A stretch of DNA of 64,000 nucleotides from an uncultured Alphaproteobacteria bacterium (GCA_902623585.1 CACNUO010000001.1:72314-136313); one strand, 5' to 3'; shown: positions 10,990-22,762, counted from the first letter of the stretch. Numbers and translations: made by a program. Notes: generated by a model not told the origin, from the sequence alone.

Positions 10990-11610
10990 TTAAGCACTTT
11001 TTTCAACTGGCCAATCTGTATTAAAAGTAACATAATTTATTTGAATACATCTTCTTTCTTTTTTGATTTCTTTTAATTCAAGTCCATGCCAAGTATCATC
11101 CCCTGAAGAAAAAAAATAACCACTATTATGAACATATTTAATTGTTTTAACTAATTTAAAATTTTTATCATATAGGTCGGTGCCCAAATTTGACTCTTCA
11201 TTATATGGGTTCGCCCAAACCATCATAGTCATTAATTTTTCTGAAATATCTTTGTGTGGTTTTAACCAAAATCCTTTTTTATCTCCAATTACTTCTAATC
11301 TGACGTATGAATTTGATAAATCTTTATCAATTATTTTTGATATTTTATTTACCATTTCTTTGCTTTGTAAAGATTGAATTAATCTTGTTAGATATGGAAA
11401 ATTTTGACAATTATTTTTCGTTATAAAAAGTCTTAATTTACCATCAACCCCCTGTCCTGTATGATCGGCAGCTCTTGTCCCATCGTACATTCTGTCTCCT
11501 GACGGAATATTACTATACGAAATTTCATCTAATGCTCCTACTTCTAGGCAATTACTAAATACCCAGTGATTAAAGGGAAAATCTGCATGAGTTAAGTTCT
11601 CAAGATTCAT
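10990..11610 (-). CDS. Hypothetical protein, possible 2OG-Fe(II) oxygenase fold
   Basis: 206 aa. It has a candidate HxD (LKPHKDIS) and a distal His (DTWHGL). No closer family is recognisable by eye. Confidence 0.35.
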   Translation of the reverse strand: MNLENLTHADFPFNHWVFSNCLEVGALDEISYSNIPSGDRMYDGTRAADHTGQGVDGKLRLFITKNNCQNFPYLTRLIQSLQSKEMVNKISKIIDKDLSNSYVRLEVIGDKKGFWLKPHKDISEKLMTMMVWANPYNEESNLGTDLYDKNFKLVKTIKYVHNSGYFFSSGDDTWHGLELKEIKKERRCIQINYVTFNTDWPVEKSA

Positions 11611-11611
11611 T

Positions 11612-12553
11612 TTACCTTTCTATAATTCTTTTTTTTATAATTCCAGCAATTCTTTTGCTTTCCTCTAGTTTCGTATATGTCCAATTTTCTAATTTATCTA
11701 AAGTATTAAAATCTCTTGTTATATTCATTTTTTTAAATTCTTCATGGAATCTTATAAATCTTTTACTTTTTCTCTTCATTGGTAATTGATAAACATAAAT
11801 TGGCTTACCAGATATACTTGCTTCAGAAATCATAGAGGTTGAGTCAGAAGTAATAATAAAATAACTGGAATTATAAATAGCAAATTCGTATGGATTCTTT
11901 CCTTCTCCAAGCCAAAGTGTAGATATAGTGCTCAATTCTTTTTTCAAAATATGTTTAATTTCTTTATTAGTTCTTCTCGAGGTAAGAACTAAAATTTCAT
12001 TATTATGAGACTTTAATTTTTTTATTCTTTTGCAAAGATCTAATGTATTTTCTTTTGAGAAATTATAGTGATTATTTTCACCCCCAATAATAAATGTAAC
12101 CAAATTTTTTGTATTAATTCCATAATGATTTTTCAAATTATTAAATTGTTTAAAATGATGTAATGCACCCGAAGAATTAATTATATTGTCTCCATATAAA
12201 CCATCATGATTTGGAGCTATAACATAAGAAAAGTTTTCTGAAGAAATTTTTGGGTTTTGAATATGAATATTAATAATTTTTGGATATTTTTTTTTAAGAT
12301 AGATTGATAGGTAAACACTTTTTCTTCCACAACTGATAACTAAATCAGGTATTTCATCTATTGGTAACTTATTTTTAAATATCCAATTAAAAATAGGAAG
12401 TATCCCAGGCTGTAATTTATTCCAAGGAAAAATTATTTCAGTTTTAATTTCCTTTATATTTACACTCAATTCATTAGCCAGACCTTTAGTCTGACTTATC
12501 ATTCCTTGTGAACCATCAGTTAATGACCAAATTTTAGGATTGTCTATATTCAA
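11612..12553 (-). CDS. ELM1/DUF1022-family protein (bacterial homologue of mitochondrial fission ELM1; glycosyltransferase-like)
   Basis: 313 aa. The N-terminal KIWSLTDGSQGMISQTKGLANEL pattern and the length fit PF06258-type proteins common in alphaproteobacteria. Confidence 0.55.
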   Translation of the reverse strand: MNIDNPKIWSLTDGSQGMISQTKGLANELSVNIKEIKTEIIFPWNKLQPGILPIFNWIFKNKLPIDEIPDLVISCGRKSVYLSIYLKKKYPKIINIHIQNPKISSENFSYVIAPNHDGLYGDNIINSSGALHHFKQFNNLKNHYGINTKNLVTFIIGGENNHYNFSKENTLDLCKRIKKLKSHNNEILVLTSRRTNKEIKHILKKELSTISTLWLGEGKNPYEFAIYNSSYFIITSDSTSMISEASISGKPIYVYQLPMKRKSKRFIRFHEEFKKMNITRDFNTLDKLENWTYTKLEESKRIAGIIKKRIIER

Positions 12554-13023
12554 ATGTATTTTATTGATAATATTGTATAACTTTTTAAACCTTTTGGACT
12601 ATTGATTTCAACATTGTCTTCTAATGTTTTACCAATCAAACCTCTTGCTAAAGGACTAGTAATTGAAAGTTTTTTATTTTCAATATCTGATTCATATTCC
12701 CCAACAATTTGATATTGTTGTTTTTCTCCACTTTCATCATCTTCTATTTCAACTGTTGCACCAAATTTTATATCATCACCTTGAACTGATTTAACATCAA
12801 TTACCTCTGCTTTACTAATAGCACTCTCTAAATCTATAATTCTTCCCTCAATTAAACTTTGTTGTTCTTTAGCATATTGATATTCTGCATTTTCAGATAA
12901 ATCACCGTGGCTTCTAGCTTCAGCAATTGCTTCAATAATATTTGGTCTATCCTCAGAGGTTAATTTTTTTAATTCATTTTGTAATTTTTTATAACCCTCA
13001 GCAGTCATAGGAATTTTATTCAT
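12550..13023 (-). CDS. greA: Transcription elongation factor GreA
   Basis: 157 aa. MTAEGYKKLQNELKKL...RSHGDLSENAEYQYAKEQQ is the canonical GreA coiled-coil signature. Confidence 0.93.
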   Translation of the reverse strand: MNKIPMTAEGYKKLQNELKKLTSEDRPNIIEAIAEARSHGDLSENAEYQYAKEQQSLIEGRIIDLESAISKAEVIDVKSVQGDDIKFGATVEIEDDESGEKQQYQIVGEYESDIENKKLSITSPLARGLIGKTLEDNVEINSPKGLKSYTILSIKYI

Positions 13024-13063
13024 AAACTCATGATGATTTATTTATTTTTTATAGTCAATAAAA

Positions 13064-16000
13064 TTAATTTATAGTTTGAAGACTTTTTATTGTGAATTCC
13101 TGAGTTTTCATATGTTCAATAGCATCTACAGCAACTTTTGCTCCAGCTATTGTCGTATAATATGGAATATTATACATTAATGATGTCCTTCTAATACTAT
13201 AGCTATCTCTAATAGATGATTGAGTTTTTGTTGTATTAATTACTAGCTGAATTTCATTATTAATTAATGAGTCAACTACATTAGGATTGCCTTCTTTTAC
13301 TTTATTTACTATTTTTGTCTTGATGTTATTAGAATTTAAGTGTTCAGCAGTCCCTTTAGTTGCAAGTAGATTAAAATCTAATTCTTTTAACTTTTGTGCT
13401 ATCTCAATAATGAACTTTTTATTATCATTATCTATTGAGATAAATACCGTACCTTTAGATGGAAGAATATTACCACAGGCTATTTGGCTTTTTATATAGG
13501 AAGATAAAAAGGTTTCATCTATTCCCATAACTTCTCCTGTAGATTTCATTTCAGGACCTAATATTAGATCAACTCCATCAAATTTATTGAAAGGAAAAAC
13601 AGATTCTTTCACATTAAAGTTTTTTAATTCATTAATTTTATAATCATTCAAAATTGAATTAAGATTTTCCCCAACCATTACTTTTGCTGCAATTTTTGCA
13701 ACTGGAATACCTTTTGATTTGGCCACAAATGGTACAGTCCTGCTGGCTCTTGGGTTTACTTCTAAAACATATATTTTTTTATCTTTAATTGCTAATTGAG
13801 TATTCATTAATCCAACAACATTAATTTCATTGGCAATTTTTGATACCCATTCAATTATTTTATTCTGGATTTCTTTACTAACTGAGTATGGAGGTAAGGA
13901 ACAAGCACTATCTCCAGAGTGAATTCCAGCTTCTTCGATGTGTTCCATAATCCCAGCTACATATATTTCTCCATTTTTATCTCTAATTATATCTACATCT
14001 ATTTCTTTGGCATTCTCAAGATATTCATCAATTAAAATTACATTATTTGAAGAAACTTCAAGAGCTTCATTAGAAAATGATTCTAAATTATCTTTATCAT
14101 ATGCAATTTGCATGGCTCTTCCACCAAGTACATATGAAGGTCTAACTAAAACAGGATATCCAATTTCTTCAGCTTTTTCTAAAGTTTGAGCTACCGTATT
14201 TGCAAAAGCATTTTTTGGTTGAGTAATTTTTAGCTTCAATAATATTTCACTAAATCTATCTCTATCTTCAGCTAAATCTATTGCTTCAGTTGAAGTTCCT
14301 ATAACTTTAATTCCAGCCTCTTCTAATTCTTTTGCAATTTTTAAAGGAGTCTGGCCTCCAAATTGAACTAACACACCAAGAACATTTCCATTACTTTTTT
14401 CTTTATTGTAAATTTCAATAACACTTTCAGCTGAAAGTGGTTCAAAATAAAGTCTATCAGCAGTATCATAGTCAGTTGAAACTGTTTCTGGGTTACAATT
14501 TATCATTATTGTTTCAATGTCCTTTTCTTTCAATGCGTAGACAGCATGTACACAGCAATAATCAAATTCAATGCCTTGACCTATTCTATTAGGACCACCT
14601 CCAAGAATTATTACTTTGTCTTTCGATGTAGGATTTGCTTCACAGAATTTAGTATTTTCAAAATCCCAATCGTAAGTAGAATAAAGATATGGAGTTTTAG
14701 AACTAAATTCACCTGCACAAGTATCTACAAGTCTGAAGACAGGATTAATATCGTTATTATTTCTAAAATTTCTTAATTCTTTTTCTCTAATACCTAATAT
14801 TGATGAGATTTTGCTATCTGAGAAGCCTATTTTCTTAGCATATAATATTATATCTTTGTTGAGGCCTTTTTCTTTTAATATTTTTTCAAAATCAATTATA
14901 GTTTTAATTTGGTATAAAAACCATTTATCATATTTTGTAGTTTGATTTATTTGATTAACTGTTAATCCAATCCTTAGGGCTTCTCCTACAACTAACAAGC
15001 GTTGAGAAGATTGTATTTTAAGTTCATTCAAAATTGTATTTTTATCATTTGAGCTAAGTTTTGGTTTATCAAAACCAGTCAGACCGTACTCAAGAGAATT
15101 AAACCCCTTTTGAATTGATTCATTAAAAGATCTACCTATACTCATTGCCTCACCAACTGATTTCATGGATGTTGTTAAGTCAGAATTAGCACCAACAAAT
15201 TTTTCAAAAGTAAATCTTGGAATTTTAGTTACAACATAATCAATTGTTGGTTCAAAACTTGCTGGTGTTGTCGTAGTAATATCATTTTCAAGTTCATCCA
15301 AAGTATAGCCTACGGCTAATTTTGCAGCAATTTTTGCTATTGGAAAACCTGTAGCTTTTGATGCTAATGCAGAAGATCTACTAACTCTTGGATTCATTTC
15401 AATTACATTAATTTCTCCATCTTCAGGATTTATTGCAAATTGAACATTTGAGCCGCCAGTATCTACACCTATTTTTCTGAGAACCTTAATGCTAGCATTC
15501 CTTAAAATTTGATATTCTTTATCAGTTAATGTTAAAGATGGAGCTACTGTAATGCTATCTCCAGTATGAACACCCATTGGATCAACATTTTCAATTGAGC
15601 AAACAATAATACAATTATCTTTATTGTCTCTAACAACTTCCATCTCAAATTCTTTCCAACCTGAAACAGATTTTTCAATAAGTATCTGATTTGTTGGGCT
15701 AGCATTTAAACCCCTATTACATAAATCAATAAAACCCTCATCATCATAGGCAACTCCACCTCCGGTGCCTCCAAGTGTAAAACTTGGTCTTATAACAAGA
15801 GGTAAATTTAATACATTTTTTACCCTTTTTGACTCTTCAATAGTATTAACTACGTAACTTTTAGGACAGCTTAGACCAATTTCTTTCATAGCATCTTTAA
15901 ATTTTTGCCTATCCTCAGCTAATTCTATTGCAGTTGGATTTGCTCCAATCATTTTCACCCCGTGTTTTTCAAGTATACGATTATTATAAAGTTCCATTGA

Positions 16001-16294
16001 AACATTTAAAGCAGTTTGCCCTCCCATAGTTGGGAGAAGAGCATCTGGTTTTTCGATTTCGATAATTTTTTCTACAAATTCTTTAGTTATAGGCTCAATA
16101 TAAGTTTGATCAGCTAATTCTGGATCAGTCATTATTGTTGCTGGATTTGAATTAATTAATACAATTTTATAACCTTCATCTTTGAGAGATTTACATGCCT
16201 GAGCACCTGAATAATCAAATTCACAAGCTTGACCAATTACTATAGGACCTGCACCTACAATTAATATTTTATTTATATCAGTTCTTTTTGGCAT
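13064..16294 (-). CDS. carB: Carbamoyl-phosphate synthase large subunit
   Basis: The homology-supported start is [30 protein letters not shown] (ATG at 16294). The first 28 codons of the track ORF (up to 16378) lie inside carA and are unlikely to be translated. It has two ATP-grasp halves and an MGS-like C-terminus. Confidence 0.95.
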   Translation of the reverse strand: MPKRTDINKILIVGAGPIVIGQACEFDYSGAQACKSLKDEGYKIVLINSNPATIMTDPELADQTYIEPITKEFVEKIIEIEKPDALLPTMGGQTALNVSMELYNNRILEKHGVKMIGANPTAIELAEDRQKFKDAMKEIGLSCPKSYVVNTIEESKRVKNVLNLPLVIRPSFTLGGTGGGVAYDDEGFIDLCNRGLNASPTNQILIEKSVSGWKEFEMEVVRDNKDNCIIVCSIENVDPMGVHTGDSITVAPSLTLTDKEYQILRNASIKVLRKIGVDTGGSNVQFAINPEDGEINVIEMNPRVSRSSALASKATGFPIAKIAAKLAVGYTLDELENDITTTTPASFEPTIDYVVTKIPRFTFEKFVGANSDLTTSMKSVGEAMSIGRSFNESIQKGFNSLEYGLTGFDKPKLSSNDKNTILNELKIQSSQRLLVVGEALRIGLTVNQINQTTKYDKWFLYQIKTIIDFEKILKEKGLNKDIILYAKKIGFSDSKISSILGIREKELRNFRNNNDINPVFRLVDTCAGEFSSKTPYLYSTYDWDFENTKFCEANPTSKDKVIILGGGPNRIGQGIEFDYCCVHAVYALKEKDIETIMINCNPETVSTDYDTADRLYFEPLSAESVIEIYNKEKSNGNVLGVLVQFGGQTPLKIAKELEEAGIKVIGTSTEAIDLAEDRDRFSEILLKLKITQPKNAFANTVAQTLEKAEEIGYPVLVRPSYVLGGRAMQIAYDKDNLESFSNEALEVSSNNVILIDEYLENAKEIDVDIIRDKNGEIYVAGIMEHIEEAGIHSGDSACSLPPYSVSKEIQNKIIEWVSKIANEINVVGLMNTQLAIKDKKIYVLEVNPRASRTVPFVAKSKGIPVAKIAAKVMVGENLNSILNDYKINELKNFNVKESVFPFNKFDGVDLILGPEMKSTGEVMGIDETFLSSYIKSQIACGNILPSKGTVFISIDNDNKKFIIEIAQKLKELDFNLLATKGTAEHLNSNNIKTKIVNKVKEGNPNVVDSLINNEIQLVINTTKTQSSIRDSYSIRRTSLMYNIPYYTTIAGAKVAVDAIEHMKTQEFTIKSLQTIN

Positions 16295-17447
16295 TTTTCT
16301 CAATAACTTTATAAAATTCTTCAAACAAATAATGACTATCGTGTGGACCAGGTGATGCCTCTGGATGATATTGAACACTAAATACTGGCAAATGCTTATG
16401 TCTTAAACCTTCATTAGTTCCGTCAAATAATGAAACATGAGTTTCAATTATATCTTTGCTAAAACTATCTCTATCAACCTCAAAACCATGATTTTGTGAA
16501 GTAATTTCAACAATGCCAGTTGTAAGATTTTTGACTGGATGGTTTGAACCTCTGTGACCCTGAAACATTTTTTTAGTTTTTGCATTTAATGCCAATCCCA
16601 AAATTTGATGCCCTAAACATATTCCAAATATTGGAATATTATCGTCAATTAATTTTTTAATCACATCAACTATTTTACTACCTGTGGCGAAAGGATCACC
16701 AGGACCGTTTGATAAAAAAATTCCTGAGGGATTAGTTTTTATTATTTCTTCGTAGCTAGAGAACAAGTTTAATACAGTTGGGTTAAGATTAAATTCATTT
16801 AGGTTTCTTAAAATATTATTTTTGATTCCAAAGTCTAAACAAGTGACATTATATTTAAACTTACTTTTAATTGATTTATCACTTTTCCATATTCCTTTTT
16901 TCCAATTATAGTTTTGATCTGTCGATACTATTCCAGCTAAATCTAAATTTTGAAGACCTTTCCACTCATTTATTTGAGTTTTAAGTTTTTCAATTTTATT
17001 TTCACCTTCTCCAAAGTGAATAATTGCTGCCTTCCTAGCTCCCTCAACAGATAATTTCTTAGTTAAGTATCTAGTGTCAATTCCAAAAATACATGGAATA
17101 TTGTTTCTTAAAAAATATGAATTTAAGTCATTTTCAGCTCTCCAATTTGAATACTCTGATAAAGGCTGGTTTATTACACAACCATCAGCGTAGATTTTTT
17201 TTGACTCTTGATCTTCTTGATTTGTACCTACAATTCCAACATGTGGAAAAGTAAATGTAATTATTTGTTTTGTATATGAGGGATCCGATAATGCTTCTTG
17301 ATAGCCTGTTTGAGAAGTATTAAAACAAAGCTCACCTACGGCAGCCTTTTTCTCTCCCAGTCCATAACCCCATAAAATTTCACCATTTTCTAATACAAGA
17401 GCTGCAGTTTTATTATGTATATTTGGTATTTTTTTTAAAACTTCCAT
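16278..17447 (-). CDS. carA: Carbamoyl-phosphate synthase small (glutaminase) subunit
   Basis: Class I amidotransferase motifs GICLGHQ and HPE are present. The likely start is ATG 17447 (MEVLKK...), though the track uses TTG 17465. It overlaps carB by 17 nt. Confidence 0.92.
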   Translation of the reverse strand: MEVLKKIPNIHNKTAALVLENGEILWGYGLGEKKAAVGELCFNTSQTGYQEALSDPSYTKQIITFTFPHVGIVGTNQEDQESKKIYADGCVINQPLSEYSNWRAENDLNSYFLRNNIPCIFGIDTRYLTKKLSVEGARKAAIIHFGEGENKIEKLKTQINEWKGLQNLDLAGIVSTDQNYNWKKGIWKSDKSIKSKFKYNVTCLDFGIKNNILRNLNEFNLNPTVLNLFSSYEEIIKTNPSGIFLSNGPGDPFATGSKIVDVIKKLIDDNIPIFGICLGHQILGLALNAKTKKMFQGHRGSNHPVKNLTTGIVEITSQNHGFEVDRDSFSKDIIETHVSLFDGTNEGLRHKHLPVFSVQYHPEASPGPHDSHYLFEEFYKVIEKNAKKN

Positions 17448-17567
17448 TATATTTTGATGAAGCAAAATGATAGTTAGTAGGCATTTATAACAATGTAGTC
17501 AAGGATTAGTTGAAATAAAAAAGAAGAATTATATTATTACATTAAATATATTAGAAAGTGAAAAAAT

Positions 17568-18023
17568 ATGAGCTTAAAGGATAAAGTTGAAAGTAATTAC
17601 AACAATTCTATCAAAGAAAAAGATACAAATTCTATAAATACTCTGCGATTAATAAAGAGTGCAATTAAAGATAAGGAAATTTCTTTAAGAGGTAAGCAGG
17701 ACGCTTTGACCGATTCTGATATTTTAGGTTTACTTCAAAGTTTAGTAAAACAAAGAAAAGACTCAATAGAGGCTTTTGAAAAAGCGAATCGAAATGATCT
17801 TATTGAAAATGAACTAAATGAAATTAAAGTAATAGAAGCGTTTTTACCCAAGCAATTGAATGAAGATGAAACAACATTGATCATAAAGGATATAATTAAA
17901 GAGAATAATTTTACGTCTCTAAAAGATATGGGTGCACTTATGAAAATAGTTAAGGAAAAATATACTGGAAAAATAGATATGGGTTTAGTTGGAAAAATTT
18001 CTAAATCATCACTAGGGAACTAA
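17568..18023 (+). CDS. GatB/YqeY domain-containing protein
   Basis: 151 aa. ...LRLIKSAIKDKEI...QRKDSIEAFEKANRNDLIENELNEIKVIEAFLP is typical YqeY. It sits upstream of dnaG, as in many alphaproteobacteria. Confidence 0.8.
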   Translation: MSLKDKVESNYNNSIKEKDTNSINTLRLIKSAIKDKEISLRGKQDALTDSDILGLLQSLVKQRKDSIEAFEKANRNDLIENELNEIKVIEAFLPKQLNEDETTLIIKDIIKENNFTSLKDMGALMKIVKEKYTGKIDMGLVGKISKSSLGN

Positions 18024-19771
18024 TGTCATTTTCAAAAAATGATCTTGAATTAATAAAATCTAAAATTATTCTTTCACAAGAAATCGAAAAAAAAACAAAA
18101 GTTATAAAAAAAGGAAAAGATAGTTGGTGTTGTTGTCTTTTCCATGATGAAAAAACTCCATCTTGCAAAATAAATGATGATTTAGGTTCTTATTATTGTT
18201 TTGGCTGTGGAGCTAAAGGTGATATATTTACTATATATACTGAACTATATAATTTTTCATTCCCAGAGGCTGTAAAAGAATTAGCTCAAAGAACTGGAAT
18301 TACGATAGTAGACAATTTTGATTCAAATATAAATAAAAAAAATGATAAAATTTATAAGATTTTAGAAATTTCAGCAAAATGGTTTCAAGATAATCTTTTA
18401 AAAAGTAATCTTTGTAAACAATATTTAAGTAAAAGAAATTTAACAGATGAAACAATTAAATATTTTAAGTTAGGATTTTCTTCTAATCCAAAAATAACTC
18501 TTTACGATTTTCTAAAAGAACAAAATTTCAAAGATAAAGAAATACTAGAAAGTAATGTTGTAAAATTAGATAAAAATAACAAGATTCGTGATTTTTTTTA
18601 CAACAGGTTAATGTTTCCAATTTCAAATGAATTTGGAAAAATTGTTGGATTTGGAGGAAGGGTTTTAGATAATTCAAACCCGAAATACATTAATTCACCT
18701 GAGAGTGATTTTTTTAAAAAAAGAAATATTTTATATAATCTTTATAACGTTAAACAAAACATAAGATCAAAAAAAAATATGTTAATTTGTGAAGGATACA
18801 TGGATGTAATAAGTTTGTATGATAAAAATATTAAAACAGCTGTTGCACCACTTGGAACCTCTTTAACTGATAGCCATCTTCAACTATCATGGAAATATGT
18901 AAATAAACCAACATTGATGTTCGATGGAGACGCCTCAGGTTTAAAAGCTTCTTTTAAAAGTGCCATAATGTCTTTACCTCACTTAACTCCTTCAAAATTA
19001 TTACAATTTGTTATCCTTCCAAATGAATATGATCCAGATACTTATATCAACGAATTTTCTTTAAAGAAATTTGCAACATATTTAAAAAATCCACTTTCAA
19101 TTGTAGATTTTATCTTTCAGGAATCTTCAAAATCAATTGATCTTCAAAAATCGGATAATAAGGTTATTTTTGACAATTATATTGATGAATTAGTGAGCAA
19201 TATAAAAGATTCCAAAATAAGATATTTTTATAAAAATGAATTTAAGTCATTATTTTTTAAAAAATTAAAATCATTTTCTAATAAAATAAATACAATCAAT
19301 ATCATTCCTCAAAAAAACTCTTTGAAAGATAAACAGATATCTTCTTTTATAACTGCTTACTTAAATCACATAAAATTAAGAAAACAAATATATTCACTTT
19401 TATCAAAATCAGACTTACTGAATAAATATCAGACTGAATTTTTAAATTTTATTCACAAATCAGATCTTGTTGAGGTTAATATAGATGATATTAATACAAA
19501 TAATTTTTCTATAACATTCTCTGAAATTTATCAAAAATCAAGGGATAGCAGTATTTTCCAACTATTTCCTTATACTAACAAGGATTATGATAAAGAAGAT
19601 GCCCTGAGGGAAATTAATGAATCTATAAATAATTTAAATACAAGACTTTCAAATTTGAAAAAAATAAATAAAAGCCTAGATGATATAGATAATAATCCAT
19701 CATCAATGACTTGGGATGAATTAAAAAATATCAGTTTTAATCTTCATGATAATGAAGAGGTGTTAAAATAG
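18023..19771 (+). CDS. dnaG: DNA primase
   Basis: 582 aa with zinc finger CCCLFHDEKTPSCKI...CFGCGAKGD and TOPRIM region ICEGYMDVIS. Confidence 0.92.
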   Translation: MSFSKNDLELIKSKIILSQEIEKKTKVIKKGKDSWCCCLFHDEKTPSCKINDDLGSYYCFGCGAKGDIFTIYTELYNFSFPEAVKELAQRTGITIVDNFDSNINKKNDKIYKILEISAKWFQDNLLKSNLCKQYLSKRNLTDETIKYFKLGFSSNPKITLYDFLKEQNFKDKEILESNVVKLDKNNKIRDFFYNRLMFPISNEFGKIVGFGGRVLDNSNPKYINSPESDFFKKRNILYNLYNVKQNIRSKKNMLICEGYMDVISLYDKNIKTAVAPLGTSLTDSHLQLSWKYVNKPTLMFDGDASGLKASFKSAIMSLPHLTPSKLLQFVILPNEYDPDTYINEFSLKKFATYLKNPLSIVDFIFQESSKSIDLQKSDNKVIFDNYIDELVSNIKDSKIRYFYKNEFKSLFFKKLKSFSNKINTINIIPQKNSLKDKQISSFITAYLNHIKLRKQIYSLLSKSDLLNKYQTEFLNFIHKSDLVEVNIDDINTNNFSITFSEIYQKSRDSSIFQLFPYTNKDYDKEDALREINESINNLNTRLSNLKKINKSLDDIDNNPSSMTWDELKNISFNLHDNEEVLK

Positions 19772-19775
19772 AATT

Positions 19776-21935
19776 ATGGCAAAAAAGAAAAAAAAAGTAG
19801 TTAAGAAAAAAACTAAAGTATCTAAAAATAAAGTATTAGCTAAAAAGAATTTAAAAAAGAAAAACACTAAAGTAAAATCTAATAAAAATTCTAAACCTAA
19901 AATTCTTAAGAAGGCAAAAAAATCAGTTGCAAAAAAAGTCAGTAAAAAATCTGATTTTAAAAATTTAAAAGATCAAAAATTTAAAAAAATACCTAAAGCA
20001 ATTTCAGGTTTTGAAGATAAGATAAAAGAAATTTTTACAAAATTAATCAATAAACATAAAGTTGATGGAATTTACACCAAAAAAATAATTGAGAAAGCGA
20101 TTCCAAAAAAACTTAGACTTGAAGAAAATATATTAAAATTTGAAAATTTTGTTAAATCTAATGATATCAAAATCTATTCTGATGAAGAAGCTCAAGAATT
20201 AATTTCATTAGCTAAAGATCAAGCAAATAAATCTGAAGAAGGTTCTGAAGATCAAGAAAAAAAACAAACAGGAAAAACTGATGACCCTGTAAGATTATAT
20301 CTGAGAGATATGGGTGCAGTAGAGCTTCTTAGTCGTGAGGGTGAGATTGCAATTGCTAAAAGAATAGAAGCTGGAAGAGAAAAGATGATAGGAGCAATTT
20401 GTGAAAGTCCAATGACAATTAGATCAATAATAAATTGGAAAGATGCAATAAAAGATGGGACAATGTTATTAAGAGACATAGTTGATTTAGAAGCTACTTA
20501 CGACATGTCTGATATTTCTGACTCAAAACTTGATGATACATTTAAATTAATTGAAAGTGGGGCAGATGAAAAAAAAGATGATAAGAAAAAAAATCAAACT
20601 GAAGATAATAACGAGGAAAATAGCGATGGTGATCAGCAACAAGATGATGATGATGATGATAGTTTAAACGTTTCTTTAGCAGCAATGGAAGAGAAACTTA
20701 AGCCGAAAGTCTTAAACGACTTTAATGATATAACTAAACTATTCAAAAAACTTCAAAAACATAGTCAAGAGTTAATAAATGCAGATAAAAAAAATGAGAA
20801 AAACTACAATATCTTAGAAAAAAAATATCTAAAAATTCAAAAAGAAATGGTTGCTGCTATGAAAGCTGTTCATTTTAACTCAACAACAATTGAAGCACTT
20901 ATGGAAGCATTATATGAATTAAATAAAAAGCTCCTTTTACGTGAAGGTAAAATGCTTCGTATGGCAACAGGTGCTGGAGTGAAAAGATAAGATTTTGTTT
21001 CTCAATACTTAAATTTCAACTTTGAAAAAAATTGGATTCAAAGTCTTTTAGCTACTAAGGATAAAAATTGGGAGAAGTTTATTAATAGAAATCATATTGA
21101 AATTAATAAAAATATTGAAGAAATTCGAGAAATACAATCTGCTTCTGAGCTACCTTTGTCCGAATTTAGAAGAATAGTTGGTACTGTACAACAAGGGGAA
21201 AGATCTGCAAACAGAGCTAAAAAAGAGATGATTGAATCTAATTTAAGATTGGTTATTTCGATTGCAAAAAAATATACAAATAGAGGTCTTCAGTTTCTAG
21301 ATTTGATTCAAGAAGGCAATATCGGTCTTATGAAAGCAGTTGATAAATTTGAATATCGAAGAGGTTATAAATTTTCAACTTATGCAACTTGGTGGATTAG
21401 ACAAGCAATTACAAGATCTATTGCAGATCAAGCTAGAACAATAAGAATACCAGTGCACATGATAGAAACAATTAATAAAATTGTTAGAACTACAAGACAA
21501 ATAATGTCTGAGATTGGCAGAGAGCCTACCCCCAATGAGTTAGCAGATAGACTTCATATGCCATTAGATAAGGTTAAAAAAGTTCTAAAAATTGCTAAAG
21601 AACCAATAAGTTTAGAAACTCCAGTAGGTGACGAAGAGGATAGTTCTCTAGGTGATTTTATAGAAGATAAAAATGCTCTTATCCCAATAGATGCAGCTGT
21701 AAAAAGTTCCCTACGTGATACTACTACAAGAATACTGTCTTCTCTAACACCAAGGGAAGAAAGAGTTTTAAGAATGAGATTTGGTATTGGAATGAACAGC
21801 GATCATACTTTGGAAGAAGTTGGTCAACAATTTAGTGTTACAAGAGAGAGAATAAGACAAATTGAAGCTAAAGCATTAAGAAAATTAAAACATCCAACTA
21901 GAGCTAGAAAGTTAAAAACATTTCTTGATGAATAA
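19776..21935 (+). CDS. rpoD: RNA polymerase sigma-70 (RpoD), disrupted as written by one in-frame TAA at 20988-20990
   Basis: Track ORFs 19776..20990 and 21156..21935 share one frame. The 165 nt between them is stop-free and collinear with RpoD (..GVKR*DFVSQY...[10 protein letters not shown]..). Region 1.2 reads [11 protein letters not shown] and region 2 reads [59 protein letters not shown]. Regions 3 and 4 are intact. Confidence 0.92.
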
Positions 21936-22762
21936 TGAAGCTAACACTTCTTGGAACCGGATGCCCCTCAGTTGATTATAAAAGGTGTGGTGCTTCAAAC
22001 CTTGTAATAACAAAAAAAACTAAAATTTTAATCGATTGTGGTTCTGGAGTAACGCAAAGATTAAATCAAAGTAAAAACTCTTCAGCTGATATTGACGCTT
22101 TACTACTTACCCATTTACATTCCGATCATGTTATAGATTTGTATCAACTCATCATTTCTTCTTGGCACTCTGATAGAGATTCAGTATGGAAGATATATGG
22201 ACCAAAAGGAACAAAGAAATTTGTTGATAAAATATTTTCAGCCTGGAAAATTGAACGTGAATTAAGAATTTCTTATGAAAAAAGAAAATCAATAAATGCT
22301 CTTAAATATAAAGTTTATGAATTTAAAAAAAATGGCTCAATAAAAATAAATGATATAAAAATTAAATATTTTGAAGTTGATCATAAACCAGTTACATATG
22401 CATATGGTTTTTCATTTTTTAATAATAGTAAGAAATTAACAATTAGTGGAGATACAAGACCGTGTGAGAGTTTAATGCAAAATGCACAGAACTCAGATGT
22501 TTTACTGCATGAAGTTTTTATTGAATATGAAATGAATAAAACGTCAAAACTTAGAACTAAAAAAACATTACATAATGTTAAAGAGTATCACACCTCAAGT
22601 AATCTTGTGGGTAAAGTAGCTAAATTATCAAACTGTAAAAAACTTGTATTAACACATTTTGTTCCAACAAGATTTAATGTTTCAAGATTAAAGAAAATTG
22701 TAAAAAAAGATTTTGGTAAAGATCCTATAATTGGAGAAGATTTATTAACAATCAATATCTAG
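21935..22762 (+). CDS. MBL-fold metallo-hydrolase (RNase Z/BN-like)
   Basis: 275 aa with the HxHxDH motif (THLHSDHV). The start overlaps the rpoD stop (ATAATGA). Confidence 0.75.
   Translation: MKLTLLGTGCPSVDYKRCGASNLVITKKTKILIDCGSGVTQRLNQSKNSSADIDALLLTHLHSDHVIDLYQLIISSWHSDRDSVWKIYGPKGTKKFVDKIFSAWKIERELRISYEKRKSINALKYKVYEFKKNGSIKINDIKIKYFEVDHKPVTYAYGFSFFNNSKKLTISGDTRPCESLMQNAQNSDVLLHEVFIEYEMNKTSKLRTKKTLHNVKEYHTSSNLVGKVAKLSNCKKLVLTHFVPTRFNVSRLKKIVKKDFGKDPIIGEDLLTINI

Noticed and set aside
13287-14776. Plus-strand ORFs 13287-13499, 13938-14189 and 14546-14776.
   Set aside because: They are shadow ORFs antisense to carB with low-complexity products. carB homology fully accounts for the region.
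16295-16378. 28-codon N-terminal extension of carB in the track ORF. Similar upstream extensions occur at 42491-42544 and 48683-48727.
   Set aside because: The extensions lie inside the preceding genes and start at non-ATG codons. Conserved N-termini ([41 protein letters not shown]) begin at internal ATGs.
21156-21935. Track ORF that looks like a stand-alone 259-aa sigma factor (regions 2-4).
   Set aside because: It is in the same frame as ORF 19776-20990. The intervening 165 nt is stop-free and RpoD-like. It is the C-terminal part of rpoD downstream of a single TAA, not a separate gene.
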